Origin: Somniosus microcephalus
Taxonomy: Eukaryota
Length of the DNA stretch: 64,000 bases
Assembly: GCA_052327205.1 (NCBI GenBank)
Contig: CM126211.1
Coordinates: 153,264,001-153,328,000 of the forward strand
Direction of reading: 5' to 3'
Part shown: positions 1-12,535 of the stretch, in pieces
How the letters are laid out: each line of letters starts with the position of its first letter
Numbering within the stretch: the first letter of the stretch is position 1
Notes under the pieces: generated by a model
Seen by the model: the letters and a program-made list of their open reading frames with translations, nothing else
Told to the model about the DNA's origin: nothing
Databases searched by the model: none
Made by a program: the position numbers and the translations under genes

Positions 1-1511
1 ATTACACTTGGTCCTTTCATCCAAGTCATTAGTATATAGATTGTATAGTATAGTTCAGGTCCCAGCACTGATCCCTGCGGCACCCCACTAGTTACAGTTT
101 GCCAACCTGAAAATAACCCATTTATCCCGACTCTCTGTTTTCTGTTAGTTAGCCAATCCTCTATCCATGCTAATATATTACCCCCAACCCCATGAGCTCT
201 TATCTTGTGCAGTAACCTTTTATGTGGCACCTTATCGAGTGCCTTCTGGATATCCAAATACATGACATCTACTGGTTCCCCTTTATCCACCCTGCTCGTT
301 ACATCCTCAAAGAACTCCAGCAAATTTGTCAAACATGATTTCCCTTTCATAAAACCATGCTGACTCTGCTTGACTGTATTGTGATTTTCTAAATGTCCTG
401 CTACCATTTCCTTAATGATGGACTCCAGCATTTTCCCAATGACAGATGTTAGGCTAACTGGTCTATAGTTGCCTGCTTTCTGTCTCCCTCCTTTCTTAAA
501 TAGGTTTTCCAATCCGCTGGGACCTCTCCAGAATCCAGGGAATTTTGGTAGATTACAACCAATGCATCCACTATCTCTGCAGCCACCTCTTTTAAGACGC
601 TAGGATGCACACCATTGGGTCCGGGAGACTTGTCCACCTTTAGTCCCATTAGTTTGCCTAGTACTTTCTCTCTAGTGATGGTGATTGTTTTAAGTTCGCC
701 CCCACCCCCCACCCTCTTGATTATCCATTATTGGGATGCTTCTAGTGTCTTCTACTGTGAAGACCGATACAAAATATTTGTTCAAAGTCTCCGCCATTTC
801 CCTGTTTCCCATTATTAATTCCCCAGACTCATCTTCTAGGGGACCAACGTTTACTTTAGCTACTCTCTTCCTTTTTATATACCTGTAGAATCTCTTACTG
901 TCTGTTTTTATATTTCTTGCTAGCTTGCTCTCATAAGCTACCTTCTCTCTATCATTTTTTTAGTCGTCCTTTGCTGGTTTTTGAAAATTTCCCAATCCTC
1001 TGGCCTTCCAGTATTGTTCGCAACATTGTATGCCTTTGTTTTCAATTTGATACCATCCTTTACTTCCTTAGTTAGCCACGGATGGTTCATCCTTCTCTTA
1101 GAGTCTTTCTTTCTCACTGGAATATATCTTTGCTGAGAGTTATGAAATATCTCCTTAAATGTTTGCCACTGCTTTTCAACAGTCTTGCCCTGTAATATAT
1201 TTTTCCAGTCCACTTTAACCAAGTCTGCCTGCATAGCTTTGTAATTACCCTTATTTAAATTCAGGACATTAGTTTGAGACCTAGCTTTCTCACCCTGAAA
1301 CTGAATTTGAAATTCTACCATGCTATGATCACTCTTCCCAAGAGGATCCTTCACTTCGAGATCATTAATTAATCCAGCCTCGTTACACATTACCAGATCT
1401 AAAATAGTCTGCTCCCTGGTTGGTTCCATGATGTATTGTTCCAAGAAAGCATCCTGCATACACTCTAAGAACGCTTTCTCAAGTCTACCTTTGCCAATTT
1501 GCTTTGTCCAA
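1..1511 (-). mobile_element. CR1-type LINE, decayed ORF2 (endonuclease end, linker, start of RT); continues off the window
   Basis: ORFs 938-1573 and 449-712 contain CR1 ORF2 motifs (LEQYIMEPTREQTILDLV, LGKSDHSMVEF, KSPGPNGVHPSVLKE, SLDSGEVPADWK); stops and frameshifts lie between them. Confidence 0.9.
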
Positions 1512-2963
1512 TCAAGATTCAAGATTCTTTTATTGCCATATGTAACTGGTACAATGGAATGCTTACTCCCCACTCACTCCCACAATATAAGTATAAATAT
1601 AAAAAACAAAAGTAACAATAAGCAAATAAGTATAGCAATGACAGTCCAAGTTGCAGGATATGATGAATAGTGCAAAAAGCCTCTATTACCACTGGAAGTA
1701 ATAGTAATGTAATATGATAAGTATATGGTAGTATAAGTATAATATAAATAAGTATAAGTTAAAATGCAGTGTGCAATGTACAAATGAGTTATAAGTTATA
1801 TAAGTTATAAATTAAGGTTGAGGTACAAGAATCCTATGTGCACACAGTCCAGTGATCAAGAATGTTCTTGTGTGCTCACGGTTCAAGTGATATACAGTTC
1901 CAGGGTGGGAGGGAGAATGTGACTATGGTATGTGGGGCAGTGCGGTTAGCAGTTCAGTAGGCGCACTGCCTGTGGGTAGAAACTGTTCTTGAGCCTGCTG
2001 GTCCTGGTTCGAATGCTGCGGTACCGATGACCGGACCACAGGAGGGAGAACAGTTCATGTCCAGGGTGATTGGGGTCCTGGATGATGGAGCGGGCCTTGT
2101 TCTGACACCTGGTCTGAAAGATCTCCTCGATGGACGAAAGTGCACACCCGATGATCTTTTCTGCCGTCCTCACAACCCTCTGGATGGATTTCCTGTCCTG
2201 TGCAGTGGTGTTACCATACCACACATTGACACCACCTGTCAGGACGCTCCCTATGGTGCCGCGGTAAAAGTTCACAAGCCACTGTGTGCTTATGCCGCAT
2301 TTCCTCAGGCACCGTAGAGGGTAGAGGCACTGGTGTGCCTTCTTCAGCACTGCCTCAGTGTTGTGATTCCAGGCCAGGTCATCAGAGATCTACAGTCCCA
2401 GGAATCAGAAGCAACTGACAACTTCCACTGGTGTCACATCTATGCTGATGGGGCAGTGGTTCCCTCGGTGGCTTCTGAAGTCCACAATGAGCTCCTTAGT
2501 CTTGTCAATGTTCAGGGCAAGATTGTTGTCATTGCACCATCTCATCAGCTGGACTATCTCATCTCTGTACTACATCTCTTCATAGTTGCTTATCAGGGCG
2601 ATTACTGTGGTGTCGTCGGCAAACTTGATGATCCGGTTGTTGCTGTGTATGGCTGTACAGTCATGTGTAAACAGAGAGTACAGCTGAGGACTGAGGCAGC
2701 AGCCTTGTGGCGTTCCGGTGTTGAGGACCAGAGTGGATGAGGTGTTGTTCCCTATTTTCACCACTTGAGGCCTGCCAGTCAGAAAATCCAGAATCCAATT
2801 GCAGATGGAGGTGCCCAGGCCTAGGTCCCTCAGTTTCAGGACCAGCTTGGAGGGAATAATAGTATTAAATGCAGAGCTGTAGTCAATGAACAACAGTCTG
2901 ACGTAGGTGTCCCTCCTGTCTAGATGTTCCAGGGCAGTGTGTAGTGTTAGGGAGATGGCGTCG
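1512..2963 (-). mobile_element. Rex1/Babar-type LINE, 5'-truncated, inserted in CR1
   Basis: RT peptides LFIDYSSAFNTI, GTPQGCCLSPQLYSLFTHDC, KFADDTT and C-terminal KKAHQCLYPLR...SFYPQAVRLLN. The 3' end has AATAAA and a short GAATCTT repeat tail near 1512-1535. Confidence 0.8.
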
Positions 2964-3630
2964 TCAACATGAAGATTAAAATATCCCATGATTATAGCCG
3001 TATCTTTCTTACAAGCCTCCATTATTTCTTGATTTACACTCTGTCCTACAGTGTGGGTACTGTTTGGGGGCCTGTAGACCACTCCCACCAGTGACTTCTT
3101 ACCCTTATTATTTCTTATCTCCACCCAAACTGATTCTACATCTTGATCTTCTAAGCCAAAATCATTTCTCACTACTGCACTGATCTCATCCCTTATTAAC
3201 AGAGCTACACCACCTACTTTTCCTTTCTGCCTATCCTTACGAAATGGAAAATATCCCTGACTATTCAGTTCCCAGCCTTGGTTACCTTGCAACCACGTCT
3301 CTGTAATGGCTATCAGATCATACCCATTTATTTCTATTTGTGCTGTCGACTCATCTATCTTGTTATGAATGCTGCGTGCATTCAGATATAGAGCTTTTAA
3401 TTTTGTTGTTTTATCATTTTTCCCTACTCTGACCCCTCTTTCTGATGCACTCTTATGTGTATACGCTCTGTCCCTTCCAGTCACACTCTGGTTATCATTA
3501 CCCCTATCACTACCCTGCACTTTTGCCATCTCATTTTTCTTTGACTTTTTACATTTCCGCTCAGCGGATCCCTCCCTCCCACTATTTAGTTTAAAGCCCT
3601 ATCTACAGCCCTAGTTATTCGATTTGCCGA
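2964..3630 (-). mobile_element. 5' part of the same CR1 (APE endonuclease N-terminus)
   Basis: LYLNARSI, IAITETWL, FRKDR..GGVALLI, VGVVYRPP. The sequence MGYFNLHVD joins to WTKQIG on the other side of the Rex insertion. Confidence 0.88.
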
Positions 3631-3730
3631 TTGGCTCGGTGTCAAATTTTGTTTGATAATGATCCTGTGAAGCGCCTTGGGACATTTTACTACGATAAAG
3701 ACACTGTATAAATGCACGTTGTTGTTGCTG
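3631..3730 (+). mobile_element. L2-type LINE/SINE 3' tail
   Basis: gtgaagcgccttgggacattttactacg...tataaatgcacgttgttgttg; the same tail recurs at ~14440-14520, 15688-15760 (-), 7055-7140 (-) and 53350-53430. Confidence 0.7.
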
Positions 3731-3984
3731 CCTGACAGGCAGTCAGCCTATCAGTCTGGCTGGCTGACAAGCGGGAAACCTGTTGCAAAAATGTAAAAGA
3801 CGTCCTGCGATTCATTTCTGCAGAATACGCGGGAACCCTTATTTTTGGGTTTCCCGTCGCCGGTTCTCTTCCCGGCCTCAAGTAAATATCGGAGCCATTG
3901 GGGGTCATTTCTGGTTTCCCGTCCGGAACTCCTCCCTGCCCCCCACTCCCTCCCCGTAAATATCGGGCCATTGTGTTTAATTCT

Positions 3985-4470
3985 GGGAACCGCACTTTAG
4001 GAAGGATGTCAAGGCCTTAGAGCGTGTGCAGAGGAGATTTACTAGAATGGTGCCAGGGATGAGGGACTTGAGTTATGTGGAGAGACTGGAGAAGCTGGGA
4101 TTTTTCTCCTTAGAGCAGCAAAGATTAAGAGGAGATTTAATAGAGGTGTTCAAAATCATGAAGGGTATTAATAGAGTAAGTAAGGAAAACCTGTTTCCAC
4201 TGGCAGAAGAGTTGGTAGCCAGAGGACACAAATATAAGGCAAAAGAACCAGAGGGGGACAAGGAGACACTTTAAAGCAGTGAGTTGACCTGGAATGCACT
4301 GCCTGAAAGGGTGATGGAAGCAGATTCAATAGTAACTTTAAAAAAGGAATTGGATAAATACTTGAAGGGGAAAATTTGCAGGGTTATAGGGAAAGGGCAG
4401 GGGAGTAGGACTAATTGGATAGCTGTTTCAAAGAGCCAGCCACCTGTGCTGTATCATTCTCTGATTCTTT
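3985..4470 (+). mobile_element. CR1 LINE 3' fragment
   Basis: QRRFTRMVPGMRDLSYVERLEKLGFFSLEQQRLRGDLIEVFKI and WNALP, followed by an (ATTCT)-like tail. Confidence 0.85.
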
Positions 4471-4478
4471 GATATTAT

Positions 4479-5224
4479 GGGCTCGAATTTCCAAGCCCCA
4501 TGGAGGCGGGTTTGGAGGCGGGAGTGGGGGGAAAATTGCAGAATCGGGGGGCACGAACCCTTCCCGCCCCCATGCCCGTTTCCCAGGAGGCGGGTACCCG
4601 ACCTGTGCTGGGAGCCGCCTCCCTGAGGCGGGAAGGGGATTAGTGCCAATTAACTGCCTGTTAACAGGTAGTTAACAGGCAGTTTTTGGCCTAATCTCTA
4701 TTTTTAGCCCTGAAGTGTGGGCTGCCCGATGGCTCCAAACCACGCCAAGTTAGCGAGGCGGACCGTCGGGCTGAAGGGCTTGGAGAGTTCGAGATGTCCG
4801 GTGTTCAGGTGAGTGATGGGTGCATGAGTGCAGAGGTAAGTGTGTTTGGTGTGTGTAAAGTGTTTAAATAAGTTTTACTTACCTTTACTTACTAATGCAG
4901 GCATCCTTCCTTCAGGTCTCGTGAGTCCCTCATCTCACCGGCACAGAAAGCAGAATGGCCGCGAGCTTTCAAAAGTTGCAGCATTCTGCTTTCTGTTCTG
5001 GAGATATTTCTAACTGAGTCTGTGGAGAAGGACTCAAGTTAGAAGTCAGATTGTCAGTGTTTGACAGCTTCACAGAGCTGTCAAACGCTGATATTTCATC
5101 TGTCAAAAGCTCTTGACAGATGAAATGTCAATCCCTGACGTCACCTGTAACCGGGTGTCCCGTAATTGGCCTGCTGAGCCTGCTGGGCGGGCTCAACAAG
5201 ATCAATCAAGGGAAAATCGCGTGC
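4479..5224. mobile_element. Degenerate non-autonomous DNA element (MITE-like)
   Basis: GC-rich block starting gggctcgaatttcc and ending ggaaaatcgcgtgc (degenerate inverted termini); internal palindromes such as ctgcctgttaac...gttaacaggcag. Confidence 0.45.
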
Positions 5225-7345
5225 GTTGACCATAAATCGATGGAGGCGGGACAACAACCCAAAAAGTGGGAGTCCCACCTCCATCACATCCCCATTGACA
5301 AAATCCAGCCCATGTGTTCAATAGCATAAGATTGCATCTCCTCCAACTCATCATGAGAAATACCACAGGAGATGCACCAGTAGAAGTAAAGTCACTGCTT
5401 CTAGTGTGTGTTTTGTCCATTGTAATTGAGGCATTATATTTCTTGTATTACAACTCAGGCATCACACCTCGGGCATTGCACTTAATGCAAAGCAAGCATC
5501 ATACGTCACATGCTAAACTCAAATTTTATATCCATAAAACAGCCACAAGTCACAACTGAAGATGTCAAGTATGTACAAATCAAACAAGAGGAAAGTGGAT
5601 AGATAAGCTTCCAATAAAAAGATCTACTAAAGATATAATAAAGCAAAGAATCAAGCATGAGGGGTCAGCAAAATCTACCAATAGAAAAAGGGGAATAAAT
5701 CAAATCATTCCAATATTTTTTGAAAATCTGGTGTGTGTACATATGTGTGTGTGCATGTGTGTGTAGGGTATGTGTACACGGAGTAGTGGCCCCTGTTCTC
5801 GATTCTTCCAGTTTTTCTATGCTTCACCTTTTTGACATTCTTTTAAAATGAAAACTCTGAGCTCCACATGATCCATATTTCTTCCACAGAGCGCTCTCTG
5901 ATGCTGTTGATATTTTACTGCTGGCCAGCTCACTTTCAGCCAACTCTTGGGTGGGCAACCTAAAGACAACATGAGACTCTGCCCACAACGTGGAGACTGT
6001 GCAAGTGCCAAGATTCAATTTTACAAATGTGTAATACACCTCACATAAGCTTTTCTGTAGACTGGCTGTACACCAGCACATTCTATAAAAATGGTTGAAT
6101 GGTTCAAATCAGAATTCATAACTTTTAGACATCAGGTATGCCATTCTTGTTAGTTATGTTCAGACATTGGCATTGGTTATTAACTATTTTTAAAATTTAA
6201 GCAAGAGTTTAATATATATCTTTTTTTGCATTTCCTGTGTGCTTTATGTTCTGAACAGTGAAAGAGTGTCAAACTGTGATAAATTAAAAATGAATTAACT
6301 TTAAGTTGTTCAGGAGGTGTGCTTGTTTAATGTGTATTTCTAGCAACTCTGCCCCTTGTTTACCATGAACTTCTGTGTTGCTTGTGGATGTGCCCTACTG
6401 CTATGTATTTCCCTAACTGAGGGTGTAGCAATGGTGAATGATTACATGGCCAACTGCTGAAGTTCAAGGGATGCAGAAGGCCCATGACCTGTAAATGTGA
6501 CTAATGCTAACTAACCTGCATCAATGTCAAACATCTCTGTTGCTTTGCCCATTTTGCTCTCAGTATTTGAGGAAGTCTCTACCAGTTTTTCTGCAAGGTT
6601 ACATGATGGCACAAAAATGCTGCTGACATGAGTTACTTCATGCATGTCACTGGTGGAGAGCATCTCTGCGTGATGCTTGTCAATTGGGGTCGTCATTTTC
6701 TTAAGGTTTCCTGTCAGAATTGCCTCGATCCATGCTCCAAGCAAATGAAGGTGTTTCTACTTCAAAGTCTTTACGGGGTGGTAGTGGGTGTATTCATGAG
6801 AAATGAGATAGCCAATGAGATTGCCACAAGAGTTCCCATTGATGTTGCCATGTGCTCAATGGCAGATTGCAATGCTGCAACCAATATCCATGACATCACT
6901 TAAGGAAGATGGCAGCACATATCCAAATGTCAGACTCACTGAATTACTCAGCTCATCTTCCAATGTTGTGTGCAAGGAGGCAAATGATTATTCAATATTA
7001 TGCTGTTAATGTACCATCCTCTGTTTAAAAGCAGATCTCTAAAGTCGTCCTCATACAACAACAACTTGTACTTATGTAGTAGCACCTTTAATGTAGAGAA
7101 ACATTCCAAGGTGCTTCACAGAAGTGTAATCAGACAAAAATGGCACTCAGCTTTTTGGGATTGGCCCTTCATCAACAACCACACTGATATATTTCCCTCA
7201 CCAATGCTTGGTGCCTCATCCTGTGCAGCACATCACCATATATTCTCAATTAGTATGTGCATCTGGACTGCTGCCTGCTTCAAGTGTGCACCTGGTGGTA
7301 CACTGTGTTCTCCTTGTCCTCTGAAGAGAGCAAATGATACATTAT

Positions 7346-7549
7346 GGGGTTGAAATTCTGCTGAGCACTACGTTTAGCACGCACTTAATGTGCTCATGTA
7401 AAGTTCCTATCTACACTTTTTAACTAAGTCCTTTGCCCACTTCTTTTAAAAAGGTTAACAGTTTTGGTAAAATAGCTCACATAGGAATTTTAAACAAGCA
7501 TGATAAGCACGCTGCTAAAAAGAAATGTGCTCAGCAAAATTTCAACCCC
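7346..7549. mobile_element. Fold-back MITE, 204 bp
   Basis: Left ggggttgaaattctgctgagcac versus right gtgctcagcaaaatttcaacccc (22/23 inverted match); imperfect arms extend ~70 bp; flanks are TAT and TAA. Confidence 0.8.
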
Positions 7550-7831
7550 TAAGAGTAAATTAACACCCCTACCTTTGTGCATTGTATTGTCATATTATGC
7601 ACTTATGTACAATCACTTCATATGGACATTTTGATTTAAGATTCTCCAAATCAAGCATTAAATCCCTAGGTGAGTCGACCAGTGACCCCATATCTTCCGT
7701 GGAATGGAGAGCTGAATACTATTAGAAATGCCTGGAACAGACATTCTAGCTATTCCGTACAATATCGTTTGATGAACATCGAACAGGATGGATGACAGAG
7801 GGCCGCTTTGCCTCATTCCTCTTCTGAGACA

Positions 7832-8412
7832 GAGGTGATATTTTCAACTATGGCTCAAAATGGAGGTGAAATTAGCGTTTGCCCATGGCGCTTGCCCAAG
7901 ACTACAGTCAGGTGGCCTGCAGCTCACCAATTTCAGATGACGGAAAGCTGGCCAGCGTCTGCACGGAGATGGCTGGCAGGTAGGGCCTATTAAGATGGAA
8001 TGGATCCCGAGGGGGGAGGCGAGAATGGGCTAGAAGAGAGCTGGAAGATTTTTGCAGGATCACCAAACCAAAAACTTGCCTCTTCTGGAGTAACCTCCAT
8101 CGGTCCCTTGAAAGACCGGTGCTTAGGCCACCCAACATCTGGTACAACAAGGACTAGCATACACCGCATATGCTGTACGCATTTCTACATTAAAATTGCA
8201 ATCAGGATCCTACAAGAGGCGTGAGACCCCCAATTTGCATAAACAGCTTCCCGCCTGTTTTGGACATGATGCTGGGCCCCCATTTAAAGGCCTGCCTAAA
8301 AATTGAATCAGCGGGCAGGCAAATGGGTGTCCAAGGTCCCCACCAAATTTTCCTCTACCGGTCGCTCATTTTTCAGGCGGGAAATGGGCAGTCAGGAGTT
8401 GAAAATCTCCTC
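7832..8412. mobile_element. MITE-like non-autonomous DNA element
   Basis: Imperfect inverted termini gaggtgatattttcaact and agttgaaaatctcctc. Confidence 0.55.
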
Positions 8413-8789
8413 GTGATAGTTACTGTGATAGGTTCGATCACCTTTACTTGGATCTTGTAGTTGGAGTGGACATCCGGATAAAATGTAAGATTTGGCCCTG
8501 TGCTCCTATCATTTGCAGTTTCTTCACGAGAGCTGCATGAGTCACTATGTCGAAAGCCTTACAGAAATTGATGAAAAGATTAGAAGTGTGGTCTCCCTCA
8601 GCTTTAAGATGTTCTGTGATCTTTTATAAAGCCACAACCTGTTCCGAGACATTTCTTACGAGATTGAAATCTGTCTTTCTTTCCAATTGCTATGCTGTCC
8701 TCCAGAGAGCATCCGGTATTTGTGTTGTGACAACCCAAAGAGTTGCCTCAAAGCCACTGATAGCAGGAAGGCAGTTTTCAGGCTCACTA

Positions 8790-9350
8790 GGAGTCCCCAT
8801 TCTAATGACACCACGGTCTCGATATTAACCTCCCCCCACAATGGGTGGGGAGGGTCTGGCTGAGGTAAAAAAAAATTAAATAGGGAGCGCATCCCCAATC
8901 CGCCACGTACGCACCAGTTGCCATTTTTGCAGCGGCGGATAGTGTGCCGTGCGAGTGTTTCGCGCTCGAGCAACAGGACACATCATTAACATATTTAAAT
9001 CAGGCTCCCACAGTGCAATTCGGAGCCTGATTTAGATTTAACTGTTGTGGGCCAAGTTTCCCAGGGTTCGGAAATCCCAGCAGCGAAATGAAGGCTGGAG
9101 TTGCCGGCTCCAAAAGACAAGTCCCTTTTACAGCAATCCTTGTGAGACAGGAAGAGCAGGAGTGCTCCCCCCGGTCCCTCGAGGAAGCGTTCTGCCTCCC
9201 CTCTGCCGATAGCCGCTTCTCTCTCCCCTCCCCCCCTGCCGCAATCGGCGACTTTCCCCACCCCCCCACATGCCCCGATCTCTGGCTCCCTCTGTTCCGA
9301 TTGTCACTCTTTTCCTCCCCAACCCTCCCATTTTAGGCAAGAATCTACCG
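8790..9350. mobile_element. Fragment of a GC-rich non-autonomous DNA element
   Basis: CpG-rich block with motifs (atatttaaat..., gctccccccgg) resembling the other MITE-like elements; ends are not clearly resolved. Confidence 0.4.
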
Positions 9351-9571
9351 GAATAGGCAATTGGTCTCCCAAATCCTAAGACCAGCAGGGTTCAGACAAC
9401 GCAGTTTGGTTGCAAGCCATGATATCCTGGGTACTGTGCATGTGCAAACGCACATACAAGAAACACCTTTCAGTATGTCCAACTACTTTTAGGAGAAAGA
9501 AAGTGATAAGATAGGGCATTTTTGCTTTGGAGTGAGCAAATAGGTAACATCCACTGCAAGTATTCTGACCA

Positions 9572-9680
9572 ACAACAGAAAATGCTGGAAATACTCAGCA
9601 GGCCAGGCAGCATCCGTGGAGAGAGAAACAGAGTTGACGTTTCAGGTCTGGGACCCTTCATCAGAACTGGAAAAAGCTGG
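9572..9680 (-). mobile_element. Penelope-like terminal repeat fragment
   Basis: Shared module ...gaaacgtYaactctgtttctctctccacRgatgctgcc...ctgctgagtatttccagcattttctgtt, also seen at ~31016-31150 and ~53845-53978. Confidence 0.7.
9632..9668 (-). ncRNA. Minimal type-I hammerhead ribozyme (Penelope-associated type), intact core
   Basis: Minus strand reads AGUU-CUGAUGA-AGGGUCCCAGACCU-GAAA-CGUC-AACU: stem I AGUU/AACU, both catalytic boxes, stem II, loopless stem III and a GUC cleavage triplet. Confidence 0.7.
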
Positions 9681-9964
9681 AGATGTAACATATTAAGCAG
9701 GTGCAGAGACAGGGCGTGGGGGGTTAGGAGGGGAGGAAGAAATAGAAAGAACATCCTGTACTTTTGTAAGAGGCAGGAAAGATAAAATGTTGCAAATGGG
9801 AATGGCAAAAATCATCAGACTGTCCCTCCATTGGCAAGGTTAAATGGCCTTTCATTTTGACATTTTGAGTTGTAGTTACAATGGCTTTGACAGTGTTTGG
9901 ATGTTTCAGTGCAATTCATTATATAAGTGTGTTATTTTGTTATTTGCACAATATACGTCTTTGT

Positions 9965-11215
9965 ATAGAGTCTTGGAGTCATAACGGCACAGAAGGAGGC
10001 CATTCAGCCCATCGAGTCGTGCCGGCTCTCTGTAGAGCAATCCAGTCAGTCCCATTCCCCCGCTCTATCCCCATAGCAAGTTTATTTCCCTCAAGTGCCT
10101 ATCCAGTCTCCCCTTGAAAACATTGAGGGGGAAAAATTCAGTTGGTTTGCGCCTCCCGTTAACGCCTTAAGAGGGCGCTAATGGGGGCGCAAAGCAACTA
10201 GCGCCTGTGCACGGCGATGTTTGCGCCGCTCACAAAATTAACTAGACATTTTGCGGTGGCGCTAAACACTACTGCCACGATCTCCTGCACCGGCAGATCG
10301 TGACATCAGTTGAGTGTGCAACGCCCCGGTAGCGCCCTGGACCGAATATTGAGTGGTGCCCCCTGCCTTACTGCCTGCCGCTAGCAACGACAGGTTGAGG
10401 GGAGCATTTTGCAGTTAGGAAGGGACTGGGGGAGCGCTATTTAAAGGTGAACGCTTCCTGCCTTTTTTTGTTGGTGACATTTTTGCACCACGCATTGAGA
10501 GAGAGAGAGACTTCTGGAGAGATTCAACGCTGTGTGAAGGAGTTTTTGGTACAGAGCAGCACTTTGCAGATTCATTTTGATTTGCCCTTCCTTGTATCGA
10601 TTTAGAAGAGACTGTGGGGGCTGCACTCTGAGCTCTTTCCCTGGTTCTCTCCATTGTTCTTTCCAGCAGATTTGATGTACAGGTCTCTCCAGGCCAAGAT
10701 TCCAGGCTGCAATGAGCAGGATGTGGATGGAGAGCAAGGTCAACCCTCCCCTTTAAGAACTGGCAGGTGCCATTGTGTCTGTGTTCCATTGCTGACTGAC
10801 ATCACATGAGCTTCGCCAGCGCTCTGAGGTAGCACCTCGCTCCTCGGCCTTTGCGCCTTAAGACAGGTGTGAAGCACTCCAATCACCTCCAGGGGCGATA
10901 AAAGCCAAGTTTGCAGTCGGAGGCGATAATTAGCGCCAGGCGCTAATCTTTGCGCCCGGCCGATAATTGCACCCCAAATGGGGCGATACTGAATTTCTCC
11001 CCCTGAGTGTCTCCGCTTCCATCACTTCCGTTGGCAGCGCGTTCCAGGTCCTCACCACTCGCTGCATAAAGTTTTTCCTCACATCCCCCCTGTATCTTTT
11101 GCCCAAAATCTTAATTCTGTGTTCCCCTAGTCCTTGTACCATCAACTAGGGGGAACAGCCTTTCCCCGTCTAGCCTATCCAAACCCATCATAATCTTGTA
11201 CACCTCTATCAAATC
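9965..11215 (-). mobile_element. CR1 3' end split by the 10127-11003 element
   Basis: CR1 tail at ~9965-10126 resumes after 11006 (QRVVRTWNALPTEVMEAETL in ORF 10930-11145). Confidence 0.8.
10127..11003. mobile_element. Non-autonomous Harbinger derivative (877 bp)
   Basis: TIRs gggggaaaaattcagt (10127-10142) and actgaatttctccccc (10988-11003), 15/16 match. TGA is duplicated at 10124-10126 and 11004-11006. Both subterminal regions align by eye with 19328-23697. Confidence 0.9.
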
Positions 11216-11419
11216 CTCTCTGTTACTTCATCAAAAAATTCAATTAGATTAGTCAAACACGATCTGCCTTTTACAAATCCGTGTTGGCTCTACTTAATTA
11301 ACTTAAATCTCTCCAAGTGCACGTTAATTTGGCCCAATAAGTCTACACCGGTGTTTATCCTCCACATGAGCCTCCTCCTTACTTCATCTCACCCTATCAC
11401 TTGTTCACACAAAGGGAAA

Positions 11420-12535
11420 TATATTAGCATGGATGGATAGAGAATTGGCTAACTAACAGAAAGCCGAGAGTCGAGATAAATGAGTAATTTTTCGGTTGGC
11501 AAACGGTAACTAGTGGGGTGCCACAGGGATCGGTGCTGGGGCCTCAACTATTTACAATCTACATTAATGACTTGGATGAAGGGACTGAGTGTAATGTAGC
11601 CAAGTTTGCAGATGATACAAAGATGGGTGGGAAAGCAAGTTGTGCAGAGGACTCAAAGAATCTGCAAAGGGATATAGACAGGCTAAGTGAGTGGGTAAAC
11701 ATTTGGCAGATGGAGTATAATATGGGAAAGTGCGAGGTTATCCACTTTGGCAGGAAAAATAAAAATTCAAATTATTATTTAAATGGAGAGAGATTACAAA
11801 ATGCTACTATTCAGAGGGACCTGGGGGTCCTTGTGCATGAAACACAAAAAGTTAGCATGCAGGTACAGCAAGTAATCAAAAAGACAAATGGAATGTTAGC
11901 CTTTATTTCAAGGGGGTTGGAGTATAAAAGCAGGGAAGTCCTACTACAACTGTACAGGGTGTTGGTGAGACCACACCTTGAGTACTGCGTACAGTTTTGG
12001 TCTCCTTATTTAAGGAAGGATATACTTGCATTGGAGGCAGTTCAGAGATGATTCACTAGGTTAATTCCAGAGATGAGGGGGTTGACTTATGAGGAAAGGT
12101 TGAGCAGGCTGGGCCTATACTCATCGGAATTTAGAAGAATGAGGGGTGATCTTATTGAAACATATAAGATACTGAGGGGGCTCGACAAGGTAGATGCAGA
12201 GAGGATGTTTCCCCTCGTGGGGAAATCTAGAACTCCAGGGCATAGTTTCAGAATAAAGGATCGCCCTTTTAGAACTGAAATGAAGGGGAATTTCTTCTCT
12301 CAGAGGGTCGTAAATCTTTGGAATTCTCTGTCGCAGAGAGCTGTGGTGGCGGGGTCATTAAATACATTTAAGGTGGAGATAGACAAATTTTTGCAAGATA
12401 AGGGAGTGAAGGGTTATGGGGAGCGGGCTGGGAAGTGGCTTTGAGCCCAAGATCAGCCATGATCTTATTGAATGGCAGAGCAGGCTCGAGGGGCCAAGTG
12501 GTTTATTCCTGCTCCTATTTCTTATGTTCTTATGT
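11420..12535 (+). mobile_element. CR1 LINE 3' portion (RT domain to tail)
   Basis: [39 protein letters not shown]; in-frame stop at 12049-12051; tail cctgctcctatttcttatgttcttatg. Confidence 0.92.

Noticed and set aside
7145-7180. Fourth hammerhead-like motif on the minus strand (uugauga-agggccaauccc-aaaa)
   Set aside because: Both catalytic boxes are mismatched and the flanks do not match the other copies.
5800-7330. Possible ancient coding remnant, perhaps an old transposon ORF
   Set aside because: Reads as coding-like in places but has many stops and no motif I can identify; a translated HMM search is needed.
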